Assembly (NCBI GenBank): GCA_025059745.1
Contig: JANXDH010000005.1
Span: forward strand, 141,150 to 205,149
DNA length: 64,000 nt
Origin: Aigarchaeota archaeon
GTDB lineage: Archaea > Thermoproteota > Nitrososphaeria_A > Caldarchaeales > Calditenuaceae
Direction of reading: 5' to 3'
Under the pieces are notes generated by a model, which saw only the letters and a program-made list of their open reading frames with translations, did not search any database and was not told the DNA's origin. Made by a program: the position numbers and the translations under genes. How positions within the stretch are numbered: position 1 is the first letter of the stretch; every line of letters starts with the position of its first letter. Positions 55,615 to 64,000 of this stretch are shown in pieces.

Positions 55615-55982
55615 GGACCTCCGTAATAATCGGCATCTTGGTCTCCATCGGCGTCTTGGTACAGATAGCGCTGGGGGAGAGCGGGCTGGTACACCTTATG
55701 CGCATACCGCACGCCATATTAGGATATCTCGGCGTGGTCCTGGTAGCTGTCTACTATTATCTCAACCGCAAGTCAAAGACTGTCTCGATAATAGCATTAG
55801 TCTTGTTGATACTGACGGTGCTCCAAGCGATCGAGGGTAGTCTACTCTTCTTCGGCCTCTCCCAGAGGACAATGGATCACAGGATCTTGGCTTACGTTCT
55901 GCTGGCGGTCGGGCTGATCGGAGGGATCTTGGCTGCAAGGTTCAGGAGAACGGTAACTGGCGCTGTGGAGAAGACTCAATAG
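55611..55982 (+). CDS. small integral membrane protein (4 TM), unknown function
   Basis: 123 aa and hydrophobic. The GTG start overlaps the stop of the Ubl gene by 4 nt. Confidence 0.35.
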   Translation: MRTSVIIGILVSIGVLVQIALGESGLVHLMRIPHAILGYLGVVLVAVYYYLNRKSKTVSIIALVLLILTVLQAIEGSLLFFGLSQRTMDHRILAYVLLAVGLIGGILAARFRRTVTGAVEKTQ

Positions 55983-56527
55983 ATCCCTCTTCCCCCCCAT
56001 TGTAACTCCGAGACCCCCTTCCTCCTGTTCACCTCTCTGGCTAATATGAAGAAGAGCGTAGAGAGTCTGTTGAAGAACGGTATGAGTGACTCATTGAGAG
56101 CCTCTCTCCGATTCAGACTCACCAGCCGCCGCTCCGTCCTCCTCGTAACCGCGCGCACCAGATGTAGCAGCGACCCCACCCTCGAGCCTCCAGGATAGAT
56201 GAAGTGGCGTAAGGGTTGGAGTGCGGACTCATACCTAGATATCAGCTGCTCGATCTGGGTTATATCATGACCGTTAATCTTAGGTACCGGACACTCCATA
56301 TTGCTGGGCGTCGCTAACTCTGATGCAGCCCTGAATAGCTTCTCCTGGACATTAATTAGAACCTCTTTGAGATCGATATCGTCCTCGTCTAGACTCGCTA
56401 TAACTACGCCTATAAGCGATGAGAGCTCGTCTATCTCGCCGTAACACTCGACCCTAAGCTCGTCCTTCATTACCCTTAACCCACCGAAGAGTTCGGTGGA
56501 CCCCTTATCCCCTTTCCCGCGCATCAA
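55976..56527 (-). CDS. ATP:cob(I)alamin adenosyltransferase, PduO-type
   Basis: 183 aa with KGDKGSTELFGG-RV-KD...ECYGEIDELSSLIG, matching the PduO/MMAB N-terminal signature. Confidence 0.8.
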   Translation of the reverse strand: MMRGKGDKGSTELFGGLRVMKDELRVECYGEIDELSSLIGVVIASLDEDDIDLKEVLINVQEKLFRAASELATPSNMECPVPKINGHDITQIEQLISRYESALQPLRHFIYPGGSRVGSLLHLVRAVTRRTERRLVSLNRREALNESLIPFFNRLSTLFFILAREVNRRKGVSELQWGGRGIY

Positions 56528-56536
56528 TGCTACCCC

Positions 56537-58627
56537 CTACTTCAAGTGACTCGACAATAGGTCTATCGTATGCAGAACCCTCAGTCTAGTGAGGTGCCTT
56601 AACTGGAGCTTGCACACGCTACTGTCCGTCACCACACACTCGACCCTTTCCCTATCGATCGACTCGAAGGCGCGCCTCCCTATCATGGTACTCATCTCGT
56701 AAGCGTAGTGATCTCGTCTATACCCCCACGTACCGGCCATCCCACAGCACCCGTAGTTCGATATCTCGACGTCATACCCTAACCTCCTCAGTATCTCGAT
56801 GGAGTGAGAGGCGTAGTTGAACGTAGAGTGACAGGCCACGTGATAGAACACGGTCCCCCTCCGCGGACCTCTCCCTTTGATCAGACCGTCAGGGTCCAGG
56901 TGCTCCAGCAGATACTCCCCAAAAGATAGTGAGAGGTTGGCCACACTAATAGACATTGGGGTCTCCAACAGCTTAGTATAGACTTCTCTCAGGCAGTAGA
57001 GCGCTGTTGGCTCCGTACATATGACAGGAACACCACGTGCGGCGTAGTGATACAGTGTAGCCACGTTACGTTCAGCGATGGATGCCGCCTCCTTCAATAG
57101 CCCGTTCTGGATGTAGGGCATACCGGACCCGCGGAGACGCGGTAATATCGTCTTTACCCCAACGCTATCCAAGAGCTCTATCAACTTCTTCCCCACTGTC
57201 CAGTCAACATATGACGTATACGTGTCCGGGAAGTAAACTATCTTCCTCTCGTGCTGAGAACGACGATTGAACCTCTTCTCATACCAGCCGTAGAGGTCCC
57301 CGCCCTCAAACCTCGGTAACGGCCTACGTCTGTCGATACCAATCGATAACTCCATGAGAGCCCTGATGGTCTTGCTCTCCGAGATCACGTTAGCTAATCT
57401 GGGGAGTTTAGATGCGAGCACAGTGAATAACTCATGCAACTTCACCGCGTAGATTGAAGGCCTCCCCATACCGGAATTCTGAGCGCTCTTGATCCACGAG
57501 ATCCCCATCGGTATGTCTATTCCTACGGGACACTCCTTTAGACAGAGTCCACAGGAGATACACAGGGGCGCGATATCGGCGGCCTCAGCTACGCCCTTGG
57601 TCACCGCGGTCCACAGTATGCCAATTGGACCGCTGTAGGCACCGCTGCCGAAGACGTGACCGCCGACCAGCGTGTACGTGGGGCAGAGGTTGAAGCAGGA
57701 CGCGCACCTGACGCACATCAGTCCCTCCCTCAACCACTTATTTTCCATCGCGCGGAACCTACCGTTGTCGACTAGGATAACGTGTAGAGCCGAGTCCTGG
57801 CCTGACCTCAATCCTGACCATTTCGGTCCGTAGACGGTGACGTAACTGGTCATCTTTTTACCACCCGCGTAAGTCACAATAGTCTTCAGCACCGTCAATG
57901 CGTCTCTCCAATCGTAGACGACCTTCTCTATCCCGCTCACACATATCAGGACCTTCGGAGCAGTCGTGACGAACAGGTCGTTACCCTCGTTGGTGACTAA
58001 GATTATCGAACCGGTCTCTGCGACTATTACGTTCGCGCCGGTGATGCCGACATCCGCCCCTAATTGGGCCGCCCTGAGGGTTTCCCTGACGGTCCGAACC
58101 AGATCGCGTGGTTCTGGGTCAACGTCGACCCCCAGGTCCCTCTCTAAAACCTCTGCTATCTGGTGTCTGTCGAGGTGTGCGGCCGGTGAGAGTATATGTG
58201 AGGGTCTATCACCCGAGACCTGTATTATGAACTCACCTATGTCGGTCTCAACTACCTCATACCCCATTGTCTCCAAGGCTGCATTGAGTCCTATCTCCTC
58301 TGTGGTCATCGATTTGGTCTTGATGATACTCCTCACACGATATCTTGAGAGCAGCTCGAGTACGTGGTTCACTGCATCTTTGGCATCACTGGCTAAGTAG
58401 AAGGAGGACCCTGCCCCCTCCAACCTACCTCGCAGTACTTCCAGGTTCTCCCGGATCCTCTCCAATGAGGTCTCCTTCACTCTCCTGACCGATCTCGTAT
58501 CGATGGAGGCGGTGTTGACGTTTTTGTCACGGGATTCCTTCCTCCTCCTGAAGACCCGCCAGAGGTTCCTCATCTGCGCCCAGTTCACCAGTGAGCGCCT
58601 TATCTCCTCGTCTATATCACGAACCAC
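56537..58627 (-). CDS. LutB-like Fe-S oxidoreductase fused to LutA/GlpC-type CCG domains (LUD domain + 2x[4Fe-4S] + CCG)
   Basis: 696 aa. The N-terminal region is LUD/DUF162. The ferredoxin motifs are CVRCASCFNLCP and CISCGLCLKECP. The C-terminal region is Cys-rich with YGCCGMAG. Confidence 0.7.
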   Translation of the reverse strand: MVRDIDEEIRRSLVNWAQMRNLWRVFRRRKESRDKNVNTASIDTRSVRRVKETSLERIRENLEVLRGRLEGAGSSFYLASDAKDAVNHVLELLSRYRVRSIIKTKSMTTEEIGLNAALETMGYEVVETDIGEFIIQVSGDRPSHILSPAAHLDRHQIAEVLERDLGVDVDPEPRDLVRTVRETLRAAQLGADVGITGANVIVAETGSIILVTNEGNDLFVTTAPKVLICVSGIEKVVYDWRDALTVLKTIVTYAGGKKMTSYVTVYGPKWSGLRSGQDSALHVILVDNGRFRAMENKWLREGLMCVRCASCFNLCPTYTLVGGHVFGSGAYSGPIGILWTAVTKGVAEAADIAPLCISCGLCLKECPVGIDIPMGISWIKSAQNSGMGRPSIYAVKLHELFTVLASKLPRLANVISESKTIRALMELSIGIDRRRPLPRFEGGDLYGWYEKRFNRRSQHERKIVYFPDTYTSYVDWTVGKKLIELLDSVGVKTILPRLRGSGMPYIQNGLLKEAASIAERNVATLYHYAARGVPVICTEPTALYCLREVYTKLLETPMSISVANLSLSFGEYLLEHLDPDGLIKGRGPRRGTVFYHVACHSTFNYASHSIEILRRLGYDVEISNYGCCGMAGTWGYRRDHYAYEMSTMIGRRAFESIDRERVECVVTDSSVCKLQLRHLTRLRVLHTIDLLSSHLK

Positions 58628-59189
58628 CTCCCTTCACCTCGTCGTTTATTGCGATAACCAACCTCGGTGGACCGTGAGCCCCCACGACGACTATCGACTC
58701 TATATCCGTCGTAGAGCTTGGGCCTGTGATCAAGTTGATCACCTTGCCCTCACTCGCAAGGGACCGTAGTAGTTCAGAAGCCTCGAGGAGATCGTCGAAG
58801 ACCTCATACTCGTGGAGCACTACTATGAGATCTGTGGCCGTAGCGATCGACAACCTCTCCCGAGGGGACGCGACCACTATTACAGACCCCGTATCTGCTA
58901 CGGCGTAGGAGGACTCTACCACGTAGATCAGATTGTCCCTCCGATATTCGGGGAGATTAGTCACATCCGTCTCATCAGTTAACTCAGTGAGGCTACTCAT
59001 TCGATCTCTCAACCCGTCGATGACAGATTTGATCATCTCGGTCATCTGGTACCGTAAAGACCCCCCCTCACACTCCGATAGCACCGAGCTAATTACTTCT
59101 GAGAGTCCCCCCGTTCCTTTATAACGCCTCACGTCTGCACCAGCGTTTGACGCGAGGGTACAGAAGCGATCGAGTAGCCCTCTATACAA
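58617..59189 (-). CDS. LutC-like LUD-domain protein
   Basis: 190 aa, immediately upstream of and overlapping the LutB-like gene by 11 nt. The DTGSVIV and GPSSTTDIE segments are typical of LUD domains. Confidence 0.55.
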   Translation of the reverse strand: MYRGLLDRFCTLASNAGADVRRYKGTGGLSEVISSVLSECEGGSLRYQMTEMIKSVIDGLRDRMSSLTELTDETDVTNLPEYRRDNLIYVVESSYAVADTGSVIVVASPRERLSIATATDLIVVLHEYEVFDDLLEASELLRSLASEGKVINLITGPSSTTDIESIVVVGAHGPPRLVIAINDEVKGGGS

Positions 59190-59278
59190 CCCAGAGATGC
59201 TGTTGGAAATCTGCTTATAACAGTTACCCGTTCGCGGTCAGATGACACTGGTGTGAGGCTCTCCGGGTGTGGGAGCAG

Positions 59279-59494
59279 CTACCTAAATATCAAGAAGTAG
59301 ATGACGACTAGCAGGAGCATCAAGATCGGTGAGGTGCCTATCGACAAACCGTCGAAATTGTAGGAGACGTAGAGGAACGGCGGTAGCTCACTCAGACCGG
59401 AGATGAACCTAGATGCTACGTGGGTGATTACGAGCGCAACCCCGATCACTAATAAAAAGAGACCGATCTTAAGCAGGGTATCGTGGACGACCAT
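59279..59494 (-). CDS. small membrane protein (2 TM), unknown
   Basis: 71 aa with two hydrophobic helices. It overlaps the 3' end of the upstream PRTase gene. Confidence 0.3.
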   Translation of the reverse strand: MVVHDTLLKIGLFLLVIGVALVITHVASRFISGLSELPPFLYVSYNFDGLSIGTSPILMLLLVVIYFLIFR

Positions 59495-60143
59495 AGAGCC
59501 TTAACACCTCGACCACCTCCTCATCGGATACCTGAGAGAAGTCCTGATAGAACTCACCGATCGCGTAGAGCTCAACCGGTCTCAATACGTCAACGACCTC
59601 ATCGACCTCACGTGCTATCCTCTCTGCGGCCTCGACGGATATTACAGGGGTCCCGAGCAATATCCTCCGCGGGGACTCCCTTTTCACGCGATTTATCGCG
59701 GCTAAAACAGTGGTACCCGTAGCTACCCCGTCATCGATTATAGCCACGACCCTACCCCTGACATCCGGAAAACCTCTCCCGCCCCTATAAAGGAGCTTTC
59801 TCTGCTCGATGACCGTAGACTCCCTCTCCGCGGCCTTCTCTATGAACTCCCTCGAGACGCTATACATCCTCACAACCTCCTGCTCGAGGACGAGCATACC
59901 GTCCTCACATATCGCTGCCGCGGCGAGTTCTGGGCTGAAGGGGGTACCTATCTTCCTGACGATGACGACGTCTAGCGGAGCACCAGTCCTCTTACACACC
60001 TCGGCAGCGACTATGACGCCACCCCGAGGTATCCCAAGGACGAATGATTCACTATCGAGTTTTTCGACGAGACTCTCAGCCAGCAGCTTTCCGGCCTCGT
60101 TCCTGTCCTTAAATATCAAATCTAGCTTATCTTTCCGGTCCAC
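59469..60143 (-). CDS. phosphoribosyltransferase-family protein
   Basis: 224 aa with the PRPP-binding motif VVAIIDDGVATGTTV. Confidence 0.7.
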   Translation of the reverse strand: MDRKDKLDLIFKDRNEAGKLLAESLVEKLDSESFVLGIPRGGVIVAAEVCKRTGAPLDVVIVRKIGTPFSPELAAAAICEDGMLVLEQEVVRMYSVSREFIEKAAERESTVIEQRKLLYRGGRGFPDVRGRVVAIIDDGVATGTTVLAAINRVKRESPRRILLGTPVISVEAAERIAREVDEVVDVLRPVELYAIGEFYQDFSQVSDEEVVEVLRLYGRPRYPA

Positions 60144-61156
60144 TGACTCTCTATCATCCTTACAATATCGACCAGCCTGTTACTGTAGCCCCATTCGTTG
60201 TCGTACCACCCGAATACCTTGATGTAGTCATTGTTGTTACCCAGCACTATCGTGCTTGACGCATCGAAGACACATGAGTGTGGGTTCCCTATCACATCTA
60301 TCGAGACTATGGGGTCCTCGGTGTACTCTATGATCCCCCTCATCCTGCCCTGAGACTCCTCCTGGAAGGCCCTGTTAACCTCCTCGACGCTCACGGACCT
60401 TTTGAGCAGTACGGATAGGTCCGTCAAAGAGCCGTTTGCTACGGGAACCCTCAGGGCTATACCGTGGAGCTTTCCCTTGACCTCGGGTATGACGAGGTGG
60501 AGCGCAGACGCGGCACCCGTGGTCGTAGGTATAATGGATTGTGCTGCCGCTCTAGCCCTCCTAAGGTCCTTATGGACAAGGTCTAGGAGCCTCTGGTCAT
60601 TGGTGTAAGCGTGCACGGTCGTCATGTAGCCCTTAATTATCCCGAAGTTGTCCAGAAGTACCTTGACCATGGGCGCCAGACAGTTCGTCGTGCATGATGC
60701 GCCAGAGATTATCACGTGTTTCGAGATATCGAGGGCCGAGCTGTTGACGCCCGGGACTATAGTGACATCCGCATCTGAGGAGGGTGCCGATATCACGACC
60801 CTCTTCGCACCGCCCTTGAGGTGTTTCATCGAATCTGCTTTGCTAGTAAATCGGCCCGTAGACTCGATAACGACGTCGACGCCAACATCGGACCACTTAA
60901 TCGATGCTGGGTCAGCGATGCTGAACCCGACCAACTCCTCACCATCGATCAATATTCCCTTCTCCGTCTCCCTCACGTCGTTCCTCATCCTACCGTGAAT
61001 CGAATCGTACTTGAGTAAGTAGGCGACGCTCTTGGAGTCGGCGAGCTCGTTGTAGGCGACGACCTTGAACCTCTTGCCGTAGTCGGGATCTCTCAGGGCG
61101 GCCCTTAAGAAGAGCCTCCCTATCCTCCCCATACCGTTTATTCCTATCTTGATCAT
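60122..61156 (-). CDS. gap: glyceraldehyde-3-phosphate dehydrogenase, class I (bacterial/eukaryotic type)
   Basis: 344 aa with INGMGRIGR, the active site ASCTTNCLAP, and WYDNEWGYSNR. Confidence 0.9.
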   Translation of the reverse strand: MIKIGINGMGRIGRLFLRAALRDPDYGKRFKVVAYNELADSKSVAYLLKYDSIHGRMRNDVRETEKGILIDGEELVGFSIADPASIKWSDVGVDVVIESTGRFTSKADSMKHLKGGAKRVVISAPSSDADVTIVPGVNSSALDISKHVIISGASCTTNCLAPMVKVLLDNFGIIKGYMTTVHAYTNDQRLLDLVHKDLRRARAAAQSIIPTTTGAASALHLVIPEVKGKLHGIALRVPVANGSLTDLSVLLKRSVSVEEVNRAFQEESQGRMRGIIEYTEDPIVSIDVIGNPHSCVFDASSTIVLGNNNDYIKVFGWYDNEWGYSNRLVDIVRMIESQWTGKIS

Positions 61157-61228
61157 CCTCAGTAGTCATGGGGACGTGCAACCTAATATACTATCTGTGA
61201 GAACTAATGCCCAGAAAACTTCACGAGC

Positions 61229-62476
61229 TTAGTTCCTCTCGAGACGACCCTTCCAAGTCTTAGCGGACCTCTTTAAAGCCTCAAACATAGGCATCGACTT
61301 ACCTGCAAGGAACATGACCAGAGCACCACCTGACGTGCTTATGTGATCCAACCAGTCCTTTATCTTCAGTCCCTCGAGAGCCGTGGTGAGATGACCTCCA
61401 CTGACTATTGTCGTCCCCAATGAGTTCGCGAGGGCGTATAGTAGCTCATGAGTGCCCCTCTCGAATCCTTTGTACTCGAACGCACCAGGAGTCCCACTCA
61501 TGAAGACGGTGCCCGCACTCTTGATGACCTTGACATACCTGTTTATGGTCTTGGTGCCTATGTCGAGGACCTTTGAGGGGTCGTCTATCTCACTAACGGG
61601 TATCTCCTTTCGCTCATCATCTACGCTTATGGCGACGTCCTCGGGGAGCTCTATATTGGCCCTGTACTCCGAAAGCAGACGTTTAGCCTGATTCACTAAC
61701 TTCTCCTCATCGCTCAACCCTATCGGTCTCTCTATCACCCCCGCGGCCCTCAAGAAGACGAGTCCTATCAGGCCGGTTAACAGGATCTTATCGCCCTTCC
61801 CTCCGTTTATCAGCGCCGACATCGCCTCTAACCGATCAGATATCTTAGACCCACCCAAGACCGTTGCGAAGGGAGCCTTAGAGGTCATCATGACCTTCGT
61901 GAGTGATTTAAGCTCCTTTACGACCAACCTCCCTGCCACCGTGGGCACCAGATCTGCAAAACCGATGATTGACGGATGTGCCCGGTGAGCCGATGGGAAG
62001 GCATCTAGTACGCAAGCGTCTATGACCTTGCTGAGTCGTTTGACCATCACCGTCTTCGCCGCGTCCTCGAGCGTGAACTCAAAGTTCTCCTCTGCGGCAA
62101 ATCGTAGATTGTCGAGTACCAACACGTCCCCCGGCTCCGCCGATCTTATGGCGTCAAGTGCGGCCTTGCCCATCACGTCCATCACGAACGTGGTCTTTCG
62201 ACCAACGTACTCTGCGATGTACTGGGTGTGCTCCTCGAGTGAGACGTAATCGTACTTCCCAACTCGGCCCTGATGTGAGCCCACCACCACCACGGAATTC
62301 TTCAACTCCCTGATCGTGACGGTCGCCTCCTCTATGCGGTTGGCGTTCAAAATCTTACCGGTCTTCGGATCTATGCTGCTGTTTATATCAGCCCTGAGAA
62401 AGACCCGCTTTCCGTTGAGGTCGAGGTCGTCGATGGTTAAGAAGTCTCCTATCACAGAATTAATTTTTAATCCCAT
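61229..62476 (-). CDS. pgk: phosphoglycerate kinase (archaeal type)
   Basis: 415 aa with KRVFLRADINSS, VVVGSHQGR, GGSKISDRL and GGGAL-type C-terminal motif (TSGGALVMFLAG). Confidence 0.9.
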   Translation of the reverse strand: MGLKINSVIGDFLTIDDLDLNGKRVFLRADINSSIDPKTGKILNANRIEEATVTIRELKNSVVVVGSHQGRVGKYDYVSLEEHTQYIAEYVGRKTTFVMDVMGKAALDAIRSAEPGDVLVLDNLRFAAEENFEFTLEDAAKTVMVKRLSKVIDACVLDAFPSAHRAHPSIIGFADLVPTVAGRLVVKELKSLTKVMMTSKAPFATVLGGSKISDRLEAMSALINGGKGDKILLTGLIGLVFLRAAGVIERPIGLSDEEKLVNQAKRLLSEYRANIELPEDVAISVDDERKEIPVSEIDDPSKVLDIGTKTINRYVKVIKSAGTVFMSGTPGAFEYKGFERGTHELLYALANSLGTTIVSGGHLTTALEGLKIKDWLDHISTSGGALVMFLAGKSMPMFEALKRSAKTWKGRLERN

Positions 62477-62502
62477 TTATTAAAATTATTTTTAAGGTTA
62501 TT

Positions 62503-62694
62503 TTAAGAGAGAAGGAGGCGTTGCTCCTCGGAGAGTTTTGAGGTCACTATTAGCTTAGCCATTCCGGACTTGTGTTTCTTTATGACGTTGAACCCACAGA
62601 CGGGACAACGGGTGTCTATGATCCTCGGCAGCTGATCCTTTGAGAAGACCCTTTTGCAGTAGACGCACTGATAATATACAACATCTCCCGTCAT
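62503..62694 (-). CDS. zinc-ribbon protein resembling RNA polymerase subunit Rpo12 (RpoP)
   Basis: 63 aa with YQCVYCKRVFSKDQLP....RCPVCGFNVIKK, matching the CxxC..RCPxCG pattern of RpoP. It is longer than usual at the C-terminus. Confidence 0.5.
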   Translation of the reverse strand: MTGDVVYYQCVYCKRVFSKDQLPRIIDTRCPVCGFNVIKKHKSGMAKLIVTSKLSEEQRLLLS

Positions 62695-62758
62695 GTGACC
62701 CTGCCAATAATACGTTGACCGAGCTATAAACGTATCTCCCGTCCTTAGTTCAAATGGA

Positions 62759-63388
62759 TTACTTGGGCCTCAACTTCTTCCTGTTCTTCAGGACGACGGT
62801 CACGAGCGTCTCCGCTGCATCTACTAGCTCGCAACCGTCAAAGACCGACGACGCCCTATCCTCGAAGAGCACATTGGCCGACGGCGGCTTGTAGGTACTC
62901 TGCTCCCCTCCCCATAGCTGTATGCCGCCCTTAACAGCGGGGAAGAAGTCAAAGGAGAACGAGATGCCACCCATCTTCTCCCTCTGACCGTTCATGAACC
63001 TACATACCGACTCAAAAGTCTGGACATCGTAACCGAATGCGTCGAGCAGGGGCCTGATGACCCGCTTCTCATACTCGTTGATCAACTGGGAGTCCCTCAG
63101 GAACTTGTTCAGAATTATCCAACCGCCCCTCTTGGACGCGGGAGACCACCTCAGCAGGTACTTCAAGATTAAGTGAGTCACCTTCTCATCCGCTACTTGC
63201 TCTGTCTCCGCCTCCCTGATGTCCCACTTTTGAACGTCAACAACGTACGTCTCGTTCAGTAGATTTACCAGGTACCTGTCGCCTTTCTCGTCCCTGCGAG
63301 GTATGAATACCACACCACACCTCTTTACTACATCGGAGGGCGGCCTATCGTAGAGAACCCTGAAGAGCTCGTCCGTCTCTCGTTCCAA
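62759..63388 (-). CDS. conserved hypothetical protein (DUF3786-like)
   Basis: 209 aa. The C-terminal LWGGEQSTYKPPSANVLFEDRAS resembles the LW-GDEEF...LFD segment I recall for DUF3786. This is a weak call. Confidence 0.3.
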   Translation of the reverse strand: MERETDELFRVLYDRPPSDVVKRCGVVFIPRRDEKGDRYLVNLLNETYVVDVQKWDIREAETEQVADEKVTHLILKYLLRWSPASKRGGWIILNKFLRDSQLINEYEKRVIRPLLDAFGYDVQTFESVCRFMNGQREKMGGISFSFDFFPAVKGGIQLWGGEQSTYKPPSANVLFEDRASSVFDGCELVDAAETLVTVVLKNRKKLRPK

Positions 63389-63449
63389 TTTTTCCTGTTA
63401 AATTTAATTTTAAATGAAATATAACATTTACCGGCCATAACCCACGAAG

Positions 63450-63460
63450 TTTAAAATAAA
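63450..63460 (+). promoter_or_regulatory. TATA-box candidate for L14e gene
   Basis: tttaaaataaa is centred 26 nt upstream of the ATG at 63481. Confidence 0.45.
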
Positions 63461-63480
63461 GCCCGACGAATGTATACAAT

Positions 63481-63762
63481 ATGCATCAGCACATAGGAAG
63501 GATAGTGGTGAAGAAGGTGGGTAGAGAGGCGGGGCGGAAGTGCGTTGTAGTCGACGTAATAAACGAGAGGACTCTCCTCATTACCGGACCGAAATCATTA
63601 AATGGCGTGAGGCGACGGAACGTGAACGTCTCCCACGTGGTATTTACGCCGAAGAGCATCAAGATAGAGAAGAGCGCAAGCGATGAGGAGGTCTTGAGGG
63701 CGATAGAGATGGAAAACCTCTCAGACTATATGAAGGAGCGGATCACACCTGGTCTACGATGA
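63481..63762 (+). CDS. rpl14e: 50S ribosomal protein L14e
   Basis: 93 aa with the KOW-like N-terminus IGRIVVKKVGREAGRKCVVVDVI. The conserved L14e-cbf5 order follows. Confidence 0.8.
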   Translation: MHQHIGRIVVKKVGREAGRKCVVVDVINERTLLITGPKSLNGVRRRNVNVSHVVFTPKSIKIEKSASDEEVLRAIEMENLSDYMKERITPGLR

Positions 63763-64000
63763 GAGCTCTGAAGCTAAACCATAAAGACCCGCCCTGGTCG
63801 AGGGAACGTGAGATCATTGAGATAAGAGAGGCGAGCACCGACACTAAGTACGGAAAGGACCCCTGGTCTAGAGATCTGAGCGAGCTACTTGACACGGGTT
63901 TCATAGCCGTCGACAAACATCGCGGCTCCTCGAGCCACTCGATCGTCTTTGAGGTAAAGCGGTTACTCGGGTTAGAGGCCGCGGGGCACGGGGGGACCCT
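63759..64000 (+). CDS. cbf5: tRNA/rRNA pseudouridine synthase Cbf5 (5' part, runs off window)
   Basis: Own translation: MRALKLNHKDPPWSREREIIEIREASTDTKYGKDPWSRDLSELLDTGFIAVDKHRGSSSHSIVFEVKRLLGLEAAGHGGT. The LDKP-SG-SH...AGHGGTLDP TruB/Cbf5 motif is beginning. ATGA overlap with L14e. Confidence 0.8.
   Translation, partial: MRALKLNHKDPPWSREREIIEIREASTDTKYGKDPWSRDLSELLDTGFIAVDKHRGSSSHSIVFEVKRLLGLEAAGHGGT

Noticed and set aside
1-64000. CRISPR arrays, IS elements/transposases, toxin-antitoxin or recognisable defence systems, rRNA genes
   Set aside because: Reading the intergenic gaps, I saw no regularly spaced direct repeats. The largest gaps are 17830-18168, 35925-36208, 41321-41566 and 51470-51772. 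No transposase, Cas or defence-like ORFs were recognised, and all sizeable gaps are explained by tRNAs or promoters.

Overview
The window looks like an archaeal chromosomal segment, Thermoproteota/TACK-like by inference. Supporting signs are intron-containing tRNAs, TATA boxes about 26-34 nt upstream of start codons (leaderless-type mRNAs), and the genes PriL, aIF2-alpha, Nop10, Cbf5, L14e, AglB and A-type ATPase subunits. GC is roughly 50% by eye and coding density is very high. I support about 66 CDS and 6 tRNAs (Gln, Arg, Leu, Glu, Asp, Lys). I saw no rRNA, CRISPR array, transposase or integrase. Content is mostly housekeeping and central metabolism: SHMT, QueC/QueD, SucC, methylcitrate-type PrpD plus citrate synthase, an acyl-CoA dehydrogenase pair, malic enzyme, SpeH/SpeE, GAPDH/PGK, and LutBC-like lactate utilisation genes. 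Heme-copper-oxidase biogenesis genes are dispersed through the window (CcdA-like, DUF420, CtaB, a 4-helix CtaA, Sco1). The most unusual items are listed here. (1) An AT-richer islet beside tRNA-Lys encodes a membrane-anchored NirK-like copper protein with an extra amicyanin-like domain and a Ser at the catalytic-Asp position, coupled to Sco1. (2) An orphan CoxM/CoxS pair is followed by a stand-alone FbiB-C-terminal-type nitroreductase that overlaps CofD. (3) A Zn-ribbon ThrC lies next to a MoaD-type ubiquitin-like protein whose Gly-Gly is capped by two residues. (4) The tRNA-Gln gene is 104 nt long and apparently carries two introns, one in the D-arm. (5) A bacterial class-I GAPDH sits in the archaeal gap-pgk position. 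(6) A 36-aa mini-Nop10 is present. (7) A 22-nt intergenic motif occurs twice. All functional calls come from motif and architecture recognition by eye. No database search or computation was run, so coordinates of starts and all family assignments need confirmation.
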